From positions 50,483 to 114,482 of the forward strand of contig JBMNOF010000002.1 in NCBI GenBank assembly GCA_050942925.1: a stretch of DNA of 64,000 nt, written 5' to 3'. The notes under the pieces are model-generated. The model saw only the letters and a list, made by a program, of their open reading frames with translations, searched no databases and was not told where the DNA came from. A program made the translations under genes and the position numbers. Shown one piece after another: positions 52,689 to 61,376 of this stretch. This DNA is from Candidatus Spyradocola sp. Its GTDB lineage: Bacteria > Bacillota > Clostridia > Christensenellales > UBA1750. The stretch's first letter is position 1; every line of letters starts with the position of its first letter.

Positions 52689-53861
52689 ATGGATCCGATG
52701 AGAAAGGCACGCTTGGACAGCGTCCTGAAAGAGGCGGTGGACAGCGGAGAAATCGCTGGCGCCGTTGCGATGCTCAACCTGCATGGCCAGGAGATCTATT
52801 ACGGGGAGAGCGGACTTGCCGACCGCGAGGCCGGGCGCCCCATGCGGCGGGATACCATCTTCCGCCTGTTCTCCATGAGCAAACCCGTGACGGCCTGCGC
52901 CGCCATGATCCTGCTCGAGCGCGGGCAGATCGATCTGCTCGATCCCGTGAGCAAGTACCTGCCGGGCTTCCGCAACCAGGTCTACTGGGACGGCGCCGCC
53001 CTGCGGCCCGTCGACGTGCCCGCCACGATCAAGGACCTTCTGGGCATGACCAGCGGCCTGGTCTACGGCGGGGAGATCGGCTTTGCCGAGACGCGGATGC
53101 AAAGCCTGTGGTCCGAGGTGCAGGCGGGCCAAGCCCGCGGCGAGGAGACGGGCACGGTGGACTTTGCCAACCGCATGGGGCAGATGCCCTTGGCCTTTGC
53201 GCCGGGCAGCCGCTGGCAGTACGGCGTTTCGGCGGACGTCATGGGCGCGGTGGTGGAGGTCGCCTCCGGAAAGCGCTTCGGGGACTTCCTGCGGGAGGAA
53301 ATCTTTGCGCCGCTGCACATGACCGATACCGGGTTCTGGATTCCGGAGGAGAAGCGCGAGCGCTTTGCGGCCGTCTACCGCCAGCAGGGCCCGGAGCTCG
53401 TCCGCTGGACGGGCGCGCACCTGTGCATCCTGCCCCTGTATGACCGCGAACCGGCCTTCCAGTCCGGAGGCGCGGGCCTGGTTTCCACGCTGGACGACTA
53501 TGCGCGCTTTGCGCAGATGCTGGCCCGCGGCGGGGAGCTGGACGGCGCGCGCATCCTTTCCCCGCGCACGGTCCGGTTTATGCGGCAGAATCAGCTCACG
53601 CACGCCCAGCGCGCCACCTGCACGTGGGATTCGCTCCGCGGCCACGGCTACGGCAACTTCATGCGCGTGCTCCTGGACGAGGGACAAGCCCCGAGCCTGG
53701 GCAGCAAGGGCGAGTTCGGCTGGGACGGCTGGCTGGGCACCTATTTCTGCGTCAGCCCGGAGGATGACCTGGTGCTCCTGCTCATGCTGCAGAAGACCGA
53801 TACCGGCACCATCGACGTCACCCGCAAGTTCCGCTCCGCCGCGTTTGCGGCCTTGGATTGA
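52689..53861 (+). CDS. serine hydrolase (class C beta-lactamase / PBP4*-like family)
   Basis: The internal ATG at 52689 is preceded by AAAGGGGG. FRLFSMSKPVT contains the S-x-x-K motif, and a later YGVS stretch may be the Y-x-N-like position. Confidence 0.8.
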   Translation: MDPMRKARLDSVLKEAVDSGEIAGAVAMLNLHGQEIYYGESGLADREAGRPMRRDTIFRLFSMSKPVTACAAMILLERGQIDLLDPVSKYLPGFRNQVYWDGAALRPVDVPATIKDLLGMTSGLVYGGEIGFAETRMQSLWSEVQAGQARGEETGTVDFANRMGQMPLAFAPGSRWQYGVSADVMGAVVEVASGKRFGDFLREEIFAPLHMTDTGFWIPEEKRERFAAVYRQQGPELVRWTGAHLCILPLYDREPAFQSGGAGLVSTLDDYARFAQMLARGGELDGARILSPRTVRFMRQNQLTHAQRATCTWDSLRGHGYGNFMRVLLDEGQAPSLGSKGEFGWDGWLGTYFCVSPEDDLVLLLMLQKTDTGTIDVTRKFRSAAFAALD

Positions 53862-54538
53862 TGGGCGCGAATTCGGGCTGCCGCACCTGCCGGAAGGCGG
53901 ATTCCCTCCAGATGGGGCTGCTGTTGGCCGCGACGGGTGGGTTCCTGGACGCGTATACCTATGTGGCGCGCGGGCGCGTCTTTGCCAACGCCCAGACCGG
54001 AAACCTGGTGCTGCTCGGACTTCGCGCCTTTGAAGCTGATCCCCAGGCCCTGCGCTACCTCGTGCCGGTGTGCGCCTTTGTGCTCGGCATACTGCTTGCG
54101 GAGTTCCTTCGCGCGCGCAAGCGGGTCCTGCGCCCGGTGAATTGGCGGCAGGCCGTGCTCGTCGTGGAGGTGCTGGTGCTCGTCGCCTCCGCCTTCCTGC
54201 CGGAGAGCTGGAACAACCTGGTGAATGCGAGCATCTCCTTCGTCTGCGCCATGCAGGTCAATGCCTTCCGCGCCTTTGAGGGAAACCGCTATGCCACCAC
54301 CATGTGCACGGGCAACCTGCGCAGCGGCACGGAACACCTCTGGCGCTATGCGCAGGAGCGCGATGGCCACCACCTTCGCGTGGGATTGCAGTACTTTGCC
54401 GTAATCGGCTGCTTTATGCTGGGCGCAGGACTGGGCGGTCTGCTGACGCAGATCCTGCAATTGCGCGCGGCGCTCATTCCGGCGGGACTCCTGTTGGTTG
54501 CCGCCCTGGGAATGTGTCGGGAGGAGGAAGAAGGTTGA
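53861..54538 (+). CDS. YoaK family (DUF1275) membrane protein
   Basis: ORF 53858-54538. The ATG at 53861 overlaps the upstream stop. GGFLDAYTYVARGRVFANAQTGNLV and TTMCTGNLR are family motifs. Confidence 0.75.
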   Translation: MGANSGCRTCRKADSLQMGLLLAATGGFLDAYTYVARGRVFANAQTGNLVLLGLRAFEADPQALRYLVPVCAFVLGILLAEFLRARKRVLRPVNWRQAVLVVEVLVLVASAFLPESWNNLVNASISFVCAMQVNAFRAFEGNRYATTMCTGNLRSGTEHLWRYAQERDGHHLRVGLQYFAVIGCFMLGAGLGGLLTQILQLRAALIPAGLLLVAALGMCREEEEG

Positions 54539-54714
54539 TCTTTCTGGCGATTTTGTTTGCCCTGGGTACGCTCATGGGGCTTGGCGCCATCGTCTGCGGG
54601 ATCGTGATGCGCAAGACCGTGGGAGTGGGCGGCATGCTTTCCATGCTGATCGTGGGCGCGCTCATCGCATTGGTCTGCGGAATCATGCTGCGCGCCATCC
54701 TGTATGCACTGTAG
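54535..54714 (+). CDS. possible 59-aa two-TM membrane mini-protein
   Basis: A TTG at 54535 overlaps the YoaK stop (TTGA) and follows GGAGGAGGAAGAAGG. LIFLAILFALGTLMGLGAIVCGIV and MLSMLIVGALIALVCGIML are hydrophobic helices. There is no family assignment. Confidence 0.4.
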   Translation: MIFLAILFALGTLMGLGAIVCGIVMRKTVGVGGMLSMLIVGALIALVCGIMLRAILYAL

Positions 54715-54726
54715 AGAGACAACAAG

Positions 54727-54756
54727 AAAGGAGAGGCTGTTGCCTCTCCTTTTTTT
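54727..54756. terminator. bidirectional intrinsic terminator
   Basis: AAAGGAGAGGC / GCCTCTCCTTT stem followed by T-run to 54756, with an A-rich 5' side for the minus-strand gene ending at 54772. Confidence 0.7.
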
Positions 54757-54771
54757 GTTTTGTCCGTTGGG

Positions 54772-55635
54772 TTAGGGCAGATCTTCTTCCTTGTGATCCA
54801 GTTTTTCCTCGAGAAGAGAAGGATCGCGCAGGTATTTCCGGAACAGGCGCATGGACCGGGCGAAGTAGAGCCCGTCGCAGAACCGCTCGTCCAGGGAGAT
54901 GTGGAGGTTCATCATCCTGCGCACGTCGCTGGAGCCGTCCGGCCGCGCCACAACCCCAAGGGATTCCTTGCCCATGGAGACGAAGATGCCGTTTGTCCCA
55001 AACTCGTATTGATGGTGATAGACCGAGTCGATGGACAGGGATTTTAGGTTCGTCAAAAAGATCGTGGAGTGGAAGGGGCTTGCCTGCAAGACGGCTTCCG
55101 GCAGCAGGTTGTAGCGGTCCAGCCCCATCACGAATCCGATCAGCGGGCGCAAGAGGAAGGCCGGAAGGCGCATAAAGGCCTCCGCCATGTCGTCTGTGGC
55201 GTTGTGTACGTCCAGGGATTGCGTTTCGCGCGCAATGCAGGCGTTCACGGCCTGCACGATGTCCGCCAGGCTTTCCGTTCCGTCAAAATCGAGCTTGATG
55301 GTGGTTCCTCCATCCTCCAGGCGCAGGGAGCGGTGCACCACAAAGCTGACGGAGATCTTGTGCCGCGCATAGATCCGGCTGTGCATGACAAAGCGGTTGA
55401 GCTGCGGACGCAGCGCAATGGTCCGCACCAGCGCCGCGATCAGAATGTGCATGGTGTTGACGGTCCGGCGGCCCTCGCACTCATGTGCGGAAATGTAGGC
55501 GTCTATCGGCGTGCAGTCCAGCCGCTCCTGAAAGAGATTCACGGACGCGGCACGCGAACGCATAATATAGGGAATGATTTTCTGCATAGCGGGAAGAGAA
55601 CGCACGAGGCGTCCATCGCTGCGAAAAAAGAACAT
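54772..55635 (-). CDS. stand-alone 2-oxoacid dehydrogenase E2 / CAT-like acyltransferase catalytic-domain protein
   Basis: 287-aa ORF. Its length, the C-terminal SLDERFCDG (compare DHRxxDG in E2 enzymes) and FLTNL...FG are consistent with the CAT-like fold. The catalytic His position is Glu. Confidence 0.6.
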   Translation of the reverse strand: MFFFRSDGRLVRSLPAMQKIIPYIMRSRAASVNLFQERLDCTPIDAYISAHECEGRRTVNTMHILIAALVRTIALRPQLNRFVMHSRIYARHKISVSFVVHRSLRLEDGGTTIKLDFDGTESLADIVQAVNACIARETQSLDVHNATDDMAEAFMRLPAFLLRPLIGFVMGLDRYNLLPEAVLQASPFHSTIFLTNLKSLSIDSVYHHQYEFGTNGIFVSMGKESLGVVARPDGSSDVRRMMNLHISLDERFCDGLYFARSMRLFRKYLRDPSLLEEKLDHKEEDLP

Positions 55636-55821
55636 GGAAGTGCCTTCCTTGCCAGTTGATTTATAAGGTAAATTGTATCACGCGGAAACAATATATGCAA
55701 ATAAAACTTTCCGGAGAGACGCACCCAAGCAAATGGGTCCGCATGGCGGAACAAAGTTGCGTTTTGCGAAAAGCTATTGTATACTGTAAACGATTACGCA
55801 GAAAGAGGCAGGAGGGGCAAA

Positions 55822-57207
55822 ATGAGAACCTTTACCAATCCGGAAGAAAAACGGAAGTATTTGACGGAGGAGCCGATACCGCGGCTCATCCTGACGATGG
55901 CGCTGCCCGCCATTGTCTCGATGCTGATCTCCTCCTTTTACAACATGGCGGACACCTATTTTGTGGGTCAGATCAACACGGAGTCGACCGCGGCGGTGGG
56001 CGTCGTGTTCCCGCTGATGAGCATCATCCAGGCCCTGGGCTTTACGTTTGGGCATGGCTCCGGCAACTACATCTCCCGCGCGCTGGGGCATGGGGATGTC
56101 GAGCATGCGCGCAAGATGGCCACGACCGGCTTTGTGTCGGCCTTTATCGCCGGCGCGCTCTTCGGCGCGCTCGGCCTGATCTTCCTGGAGCCCTTGGTCC
56201 AGATCCTGGGCGCTACGCCCACCATTGCGCCCTACGCCCGGGATTACGCCCTGTACATCCTGATCGGCACGCCGTTCATGGCTTCCTCGCTTGTGCTGAA
56301 CAACCAGCTCCGCTTCCAGGGCAGCGCGTTCTTCGGCATGATCGGCATGGGCGCCGGCGCGGTGATCAACATCGGCTTGGACCCCTTGTTCATCTTCGTC
56401 CTGGACATGGGCGTCAGCGGCGCGGCGCTGGCCACGATCCTCAGCCAGATCGTCAGCTTCTTCCTCCTCCTGCGCGGCTGCACGCGGGGCGGCAACATCG
56501 CCATTCACCTGCGGGAGTTTGCCCCCAGCCTTTCGCGCTATAAGGAAATCCTGCGCGGCGGCCTGCCCTCTCTGTTCCGGCAGGGCCTGGGGTCCGTCGC
56601 GAGCATTTGCCTGAACTTTGCCGCGGGCCTCTACGGGGATGCGGCCATTGCAGGCATGTCCATCGTGACGCGCGTTCTGCAGTTTGCCAACTCCAGCGTC
56701 ATCGGCTTTGGCCAGGGCTTCCAGCCGGTTTGCGGCTTTAACTACGGCGCCAGGGAGTATAAGCGCGTGCGCCAGGCCTTCTGGTTCACGGTGATCGTGG
56801 GCTTCTGCGTGCTGGTGGTGTTCTCCACTCTGGGCATCGTCTTTGCGCCGGATGTCGTCGCCATCTTCCGCCGCGAGGACCAGCAGGTCATTGAGATCGG
56901 CGCGCTGTCGCTCCGCCTGCAGTGCATCGCCTATCCCTTTACGGCCTTTGTCGTCATTTCCAACATGATGATGCAGACCATCGGTAAGCCCCTGAAGGCG
57001 TCCATCACCGCGGCGGCGCGCAGCGGCATCTTCTTCATTCCGGCAATCCTGATCCTGCCGCAGTTCCTCGGCTTGCTCGGCGTGCAGATGAGCCAGGCCG
57101 TGGCCGACGTCTGCTCGCTCATCCTGACCATTCCGCTGACCTTCTCCGTCCTTGCGGAGATGAAGCGGCAGGAAAAGGTCGAGGAGCCCCTCTTTGGGGA
57201 CCACTGA
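55822..57207 (+). CDS. MATE family efflux transporter
   Basis: The internal ATG at 55822 is preceded by GGAGGGG. It has 12 TM helices and the N-terminal LILTMALPAIVSMLISSFYNMADTYFVG. Confidence 0.85.
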   Translation: MRTFTNPEEKRKYLTEEPIPRLILTMALPAIVSMLISSFYNMADTYFVGQINTESTAAVGVVFPLMSIIQALGFTFGHGSGNYISRALGHGDVEHARKMATTGFVSAFIAGALFGALGLIFLEPLVQILGATPTIAPYARDYALYILIGTPFMASSLVLNNQLRFQGSAFFGMIGMGAGAVINIGLDPLFIFVLDMGVSGAALATILSQIVSFFLLLRGCTRGGNIAIHLREFAPSLSRYKEILRGGLPSLFRQGLGSVASICLNFAAGLYGDAAIAGMSIVTRVLQFANSSVIGFGQGFQPVCGFNYGAREYKRVRQAFWFTVIVGFCVLVVFSTLGIVFAPDVVAIFRREDQQVIEIGALSLRLQCIAYPFTAFVVISNMMMQTIGKPLKASITAAARSGIFFIPAILILPQFLGLLGVQMSQAVADVCSLILTIPLTFSVLAEMKRQEKVEEPLFGDH

Positions 57208-57249
57208 GCGCCCGCGGGCGCAGGACCGGAGAGGAGGGAAAATGCCCAA

Positions 57250-58068
57250 ATGAAATCCGAAGCGCTGTTTCCCAACCACAAGAACATGGACCTGCCCTTT
57301 GTCATCCACGCTATCGGCGCGGCGCAGAAGCAGTCCCGGCGCCGGCGCGACGAGGGCGCGGTCAATACCCAGGTCATTTATGGCGAGGAGGGAGAAGGGC
57401 GCCTGACGGTGGACGGGCATACCTACGACATCCACCCCGGCACCTGCTTTTACCTTCCCCAGGGCGTTCCGCACGACTATTGGCCCCTCACCCCGGAGTG
57501 GAAGACCAACTGGCTCTGCTTTGACGGCAACTGCCTGGAGGAGACGCTCCGCAGCCTGAGCCTGCAAAAGGCCTGCGTCGTGGATTTGCCGGACCCCACG
57601 CGCTTTGACGCGCTGTTTAAGAACATCTTTCTCGAACTGCACGCCGACCCGATCTGCGGCCAGCTCCGCGCCAGCCCGTACGTCTACCGCATCCTCGTGG
57701 AGTTTTACATGATCCGCAAGGAGCAGACGGGGCAGCAGACCCAGCGCGCGCACAAGCTCAAGCCCGTGCTGGACTACATCGAAGCGCATATCGCCGACGT
57801 CATCACGCTGGAGGAGCTGGCGGGATTGATGAACCTCACGCCGCAGCACTTCTGCCGCGTGTTTAAGGACGGCATTGGGGAAAGACCCTTTCAGTACATC
57901 CTCAAGCGGCGCATTCAGCGCTCCAAAAGACTACTGGTCAAGTCCGAGTACCGCGTCTCCGAGGTCGGCCAGCGCGTCGGCATCGAGAACAGCAGCTACT
58001 TCTGCTACAACTTTAAGCGCCTGGAGGGCATGACGCCCACCGAGTTCCGGGCCATGTACGCGGAGTGA
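57250..58068 (+). CDS. AraC family transcriptional regulator with N-terminal cupin sensor domain
   Basis: 272-aa ORF. It has a cupin region (YLPQGVPHDY) and a C-terminal double HTH (ITLEELAGLMNLTPQHFCRVFK ... GIENSSYFCYNFKRLEGMTPTEFR). Confidence 0.85.
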   Translation: MKSEALFPNHKNMDLPFVIHAIGAAQKQSRRRRDEGAVNTQVIYGEEGEGRLTVDGHTYDIHPGTCFYLPQGVPHDYWPLTPEWKTNWLCFDGNCLEETLRSLSLQKACVVDLPDPTRFDALFKNIFLELHADPICGQLRASPYVYRILVEFYMIRKEQTGQQTQRAHKLKPVLDYIEAHIADVITLEELAGLMNLTPQHFCRVFKDGIGERPFQYILKRRIQRSKRLLVKSEYRVSEVGQRVGIENSSYFCYNFKRLEGMTPTEFRAMYAE

Positions 58069-58076
58069 AACGACAA

Positions 58077-58116
58077 GGCGCCCTGCGCGAATTTCGCGCA
58101 GGGCGCCTCCTTTTGG
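58077..58116. terminator. bidirectional hairpin terminator
   Basis: 14-bp stem AGGCGCCCTGCGCG / CGCGCAGGGCGCCT followed by CCTTTTGG. Confidence 0.6.
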
Positions 58117-58118
58117 CC

Positions 58119-59249
58119 TCACCGCAGGGTCTGCGTGTCGTAGACCTCCTTGGTTTCGGCGTCGTAGGCCTGGATCGTGAGGGAAGCCGGGAGTGCGTCG
58201 CTCGCGGCGAGCGCGCCTTCCAGAGTGAAGCGTCCATCCGCCGGGTCGCTCCTCTGGGAACCGATGGAGGCGGCCAGGGGAATCGCCTCGCCGTCCGCAT
58301 CCAGGAAGCGGAAGAACAACCCCTCTTCCACGGCGGCAAAGGCCGCTTCGTCCGTCACGGTGCACTCCATCGCGTAGTAGATGCCCAAGGGAGAGGCGGT
58401 GAACTCCACGCGCTCCACCGTCACGCCGCAGCCCGCAAACGCGACCGGCGTGGAGAAGGAACGGGTGTCCTGGCCGGCGTCCGTGCGCTCCAGCGAGAAG
58501 GAGAGATCGGTCTGCGTGCCGTTTTCCACGTCGTAGTTGCCGTCCGCCAGGAGCGGATACGTCAGGCAGACGAGCTCCACGGGCAGCGAGGCCGTCCCCT
58601 CCGGGGCGGCGCCGCTGGCGAGAAAGACGAGCGTGCCGTCGCCCTCCAGCCGATACGAAAGGGACTGCACGACGCCCTCTCCGCCCGTGGCCGCACTGGT
58701 ATCGACGATCTGTACGCTGCGGATCTCGGTCTTGCCGTTCGCCTTCGCGTAGTCGGCGATGGTTTCCTCACTGGAAAGGCCTAGGCTGGAGGCCGGGTCC
58801 GTCAGCAGGCAGTCCGGGCCGATGAGCAGAACCTCGTCGCTGGCGGGCCGGGCCTCCACAACCAGGTGCACGGCGCCGCCGTCGTAGACCGCCTCGCGCA
58901 GGGAGAACGAGGTTTCGGCGGCGGGACTTCCGGCCTGCGGCGCTTGGGTCTGCGGCACCTGCGTCTGCACGAAGGCCAACGCCTCGGAAAGCTCCTCGGG
59001 ATCTACCTGCAGAAAGTCAAACAGTCCGTACCGCCAGCTTGCGGCGGCGACGCCGATGGTGGAAAGCAGAAGCACAGCGGCGGCAATGAGCACGCCGACG
59101 CGCAGGTGGGGGCGTTTCATGGGAAATCTCTCCTTTTGTGCGTCCTCTTGGGCCAGGGCGTCCAGCGTGTGGCGGACGCAGGCTTGGAACCTTGCGTCCG
59201 GTTCCGGAAAGGCGTGGCGCAGTTCATCCGACGGGATCACGGGATACAC
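58119..59249 (-). CDS. putative anti-sigma factor, single-pass membrane protein (DUF4179-like)
   Basis: 376-aa ORF overlapping the sigma gene stop by 26 nt. It has a short cytoplasmic N-terminus, one TM segment (VGVLIAAAVLLLSTIGVAAA) and a large extracytoplasmic beta-rich domain. Confidence 0.6.
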   Translation of the reverse strand: MYPVIPSDELRHAFPEPDARFQACVRHTLDALAQEDAQKERFPMKRPHLRVGVLIAAAVLLLSTIGVAAASWRYGLFDFLQVDPEELSEALAFVQTQVPQTQAPQAGSPAAETSFSLREAVYDGGAVHLVVEARPASDEVLLIGPDCLLTDPASSLGLSSEETIADYAKANGKTEIRSVQIVDTSAATGGEGVVQSLSYRLEGDGTLVFLASGAAPEGTASLPVELVCLTYPLLADGNYDVENGTQTDLSFSLERTDAGQDTRSFSTPVAFAGCGVTVERVEFTASPLGIYYAMECTVTDEAAFAAVEEGLFFRFLDADGEAIPLAASIGSQRSDPADGRFTLEGALAASDALPASLTIQAYDAETKEVYDTQTLR

Positions 59250-59721
59250 CTCCTAGCGGTGGTTGAAGAAGGGCCTTGAGTTCCTCGCGCCCCCGGCGCA
59301 GCCGGGTCTTGACGGTGCCCTGCGGAAGGCGCAGGGCCGCCGCAACGTCGGCAACCGAATACCCCTCCATGTAGTGCAGCACAAGGGGCATGCGCAGCTT
59401 CTCGTCCAGTTCGAGCAGCGCCTCCCCTACGCGCGTGGCCCCCATGGGCTGCGGGGCGGCCGCGCGCTCGGGAAGCCTAGCGGAGGGCTGGGTGCGCGCG
59501 GAACGGCGCTGGATGTTGTGACATTCGTTGAGGAGCACGCGGATGACCCAGGTTTGCAAATAGCGCGCATCCCGAAGCTGTCCGCGCTTCTGCCAGCACT
59601 TGCGCAGCGCCTCTTGCACGGCGTCCTCTCGGTCGCAAGCCTGCGCGAGCTGCGCGTAGCAGACGCGGTACAGCGTCTGGGTCATCGCGGTGACGCGCTC
59701 TGCGAATTCTTCGTCCGTCAT
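59224..59721 (-). CDS. ECF (sigma-70 family group 4) RNA polymerase sigma factor
   Basis: The internal ATG at 59721 is preceded by AAAGGAG. It has region 2 (DREDAVQEALRKCWQ...YLQTWVIRVLLNEC) and region 4 HTH (MEGYSVADVAAALRLPQGTVKTRLRRGR). Confidence 0.85.
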   Translation of the reverse strand: MTDEEFAERVTAMTQTLYRVCYAQLAQACDREDAVQEALRKCWQKRGQLRDARYLQTWVIRVLLNECHNIQRRSARTQPSARLPERAAAPQPMGATRVGEALLELDEKLRMPLVLHYMEGYSVADVAAALRLPQGTVKTRLRRGREELKALLQPPLGGVSRDPVG

Positions 59722-59797
59722 GGGCCGCAACTCCTTTCGTGGATTTCTGACCGGTCCTCTGTTAGACACACAACCCCCGCCGGAGGTTTTTGGGCGC

Positions 59798-59825
59798 AAA
59801 AAAAGGACGGCGAGATACGCCGTCC
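59798..59825 (-). terminator. intrinsic terminator of the permease gene
   Basis: On the minus strand, the GGACGGCG / CGCCGTCC stem is followed by T7 (A-run 59798-59804 on the plus strand). Confidence 0.75.
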
Positions 59826-59839
59826 CTCCAAAACCTTCT

Positions 59840-60958
59840 TTAGCCCGCGGCGAGCAAAAGAAGGGAGAGCGCAATCAACGGCACGAGCAGCACCACGTTG
59901 AGCAGCGTAAAGACCGCCAAGTACCGCCCCGCCTGCGCGCCCTCTGTCCGCGCGTAAAACTTGTAGGAGATGAGGGAAGCGAGCGACGCCACCAGCGTGC
60001 CCAGGCCGCCGACGTCCGTGCCCAGGATCATGGCGCGCGCATTGTCCGTAAACGGCGCCAGCAGCAGGGCCGTCGGCACGTTGCTGATGACCTGGCTCGT
60101 CAGAAGCGAGGCGAAGAACGCGCTCTTTTCCATCAGCCCGGTCAAGAGCTCGCGCACCGCGGGGATGCGGCTCAGGTTTCCGGAAAAGAGGAAAAAGCAC
60201 AGGAAGGTCCCCAGCAGCGCGTAGTCCACGCGCCGGAAGACCGGACGGTCCCCTATCAGCAGCGCCACAAGCACGATGGCGAGCAGAATCCGGTAGTCCA
60301 GAACCGAAAACACCGTCAATAGACACAGCACGAACAGCGCGCCGTGCAGGAGGAGCCGACGGCGGTCTGGCGGGTCCACCGGCGCCGTTTTTACGCTGAG
60401 GGACCCGCGCAGGCGCAGCGCAAACACCGCGCCCACCACCAGCAACAGCGAAACCACCGTAAGGGGAACCGTAACGGAGAAGAATTCCCCCGCGCCCATC
60501 GAGTATGCGGAGAAGAGATAGAGGTTCTGCGGGTTCCCCACCGGCGTAAGAGCGCTCCCCAGGTTCGCCGCGATCGTCTCCAGCGCAATGATCGGGATGA
60601 GCAGCTGGGGAAGCGCCGCTTCCTGCAGAACGAGGATCGTCAGGGGCACAAAGGCCACCAGCGAAACGTCGTTTGTCATCAGCATCGAGGAGAAGAAGCA
60701 CAGCAGCGTCATCAGCAGCGCGAGCATCCCCTGCGACCGCGCCCGGTGCAGCAGCGCCGAGGAGAGCAGCCGCATGAGCCCGGACTCCCCAAGCCCCGCC
60801 ACCGACGCCATCAGGCAGAACAGCAGGCAGAGCACCCGGTAATCCGGAAAGGTGAGCGTCTCCCGCGAGGGGGGCAGAAAGAAAAAGGAAAGCAGCGCGC
60901 ACAGCAGGGAAACGCACAGCACCGGCTCCCGCTGAAAACAAGATTTTAGTGCCTTCAC
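59840..60958 (-). CDS. anion permease (ArsB/NhaD / CitMHS-like superfamily)
   Basis: 372-aa polytopic membrane protein. The GTG start follows GGAGG. TPVGNPQNL is the conserved loop motif of this superfamily. Confidence 0.7.
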   Translation of the reverse strand: MKALKSCFQREPVLCVSLLCALLSFFFLPPSRETLTFPDYRVLCLLFCLMASVAGLGESGLMRLLSSALLHRARSQGMLALLMTLLCFFSSMLMTNDVSLVAFVPLTILVLQEAALPQLLIPIIALETIAANLGSALTPVGNPQNLYLFSAYSMGAGEFFSVTVPLTVVSLLLVVGAVFALRLRGSLSVKTAPVDPPDRRRLLLHGALFVLCLLTVFSVLDYRILLAIVLVALLIGDRPVFRRVDYALLGTFLCFFLFSGNLSRIPAVRELLTGLMEKSAFFASLLTSQVISNVPTALLLAPFTDNARAMILGTDVGGLGTLVASLASLISYKFYARTEGAQAGRYLAVFTLLNVVLLVPLIALSLLLLAAG

Positions 60959-61140
60959 GTTGGAGGACCTCCGATCGTCAGATGGGATTTTGCAAGCTAT
61001 TTTCGAACTTGCGTTTGCATTAATGAAAGTTTAACAAAAAGAAAACCTCAATATCACATTCTAGAGGCGGTTGTCAAGGGAGTTTTCGAATTCTTAACAG
61101 AAATTCTTGCTTTTTGGGCACAAAAAAGCTCCCGACCGAA

Positions 61141-61169
61141 TTGACGGTGGAAGGCTGAAGTGTTACAAT
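61141..61169 (+). promoter_or_regulatory. sigma-70-type promoter of rpoB
   Basis: TTGACG (61141-61146), 17-nt spacer, TGT-TACAAT (61164-61169, extended -10). It predicts a 5' UTR of about 200 nt. Confidence 0.55.
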
Positions 61170-61376
61170 TATAATCTGCATAATGCGGAAAAGGGCGTCT
61201 TCACACCCTTCCGATCCGATTTCATGCAATATTGTACAACGTTTCCTTCCAAATTGCAATGCCTTTTTTCGGCTTTGTCAAAAGAACAAGAAATCGCGCC
61301 GACAATCCCTTACGGCCCTTCGGAGCAGGTCCGACCGGCTTGCCCGCGGAAATCTACAGGAGAGGTGAGTGCTTAC

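Noticed and set aside
57241-57252. Three-codon mini-ORF ATG-CCC-AAA-TGA overlapping the AraC-family start
   Set aside because: It is too short to evaluate and is most likely incidental. The ATG at 57250 gives the full cupin-AraC protein.
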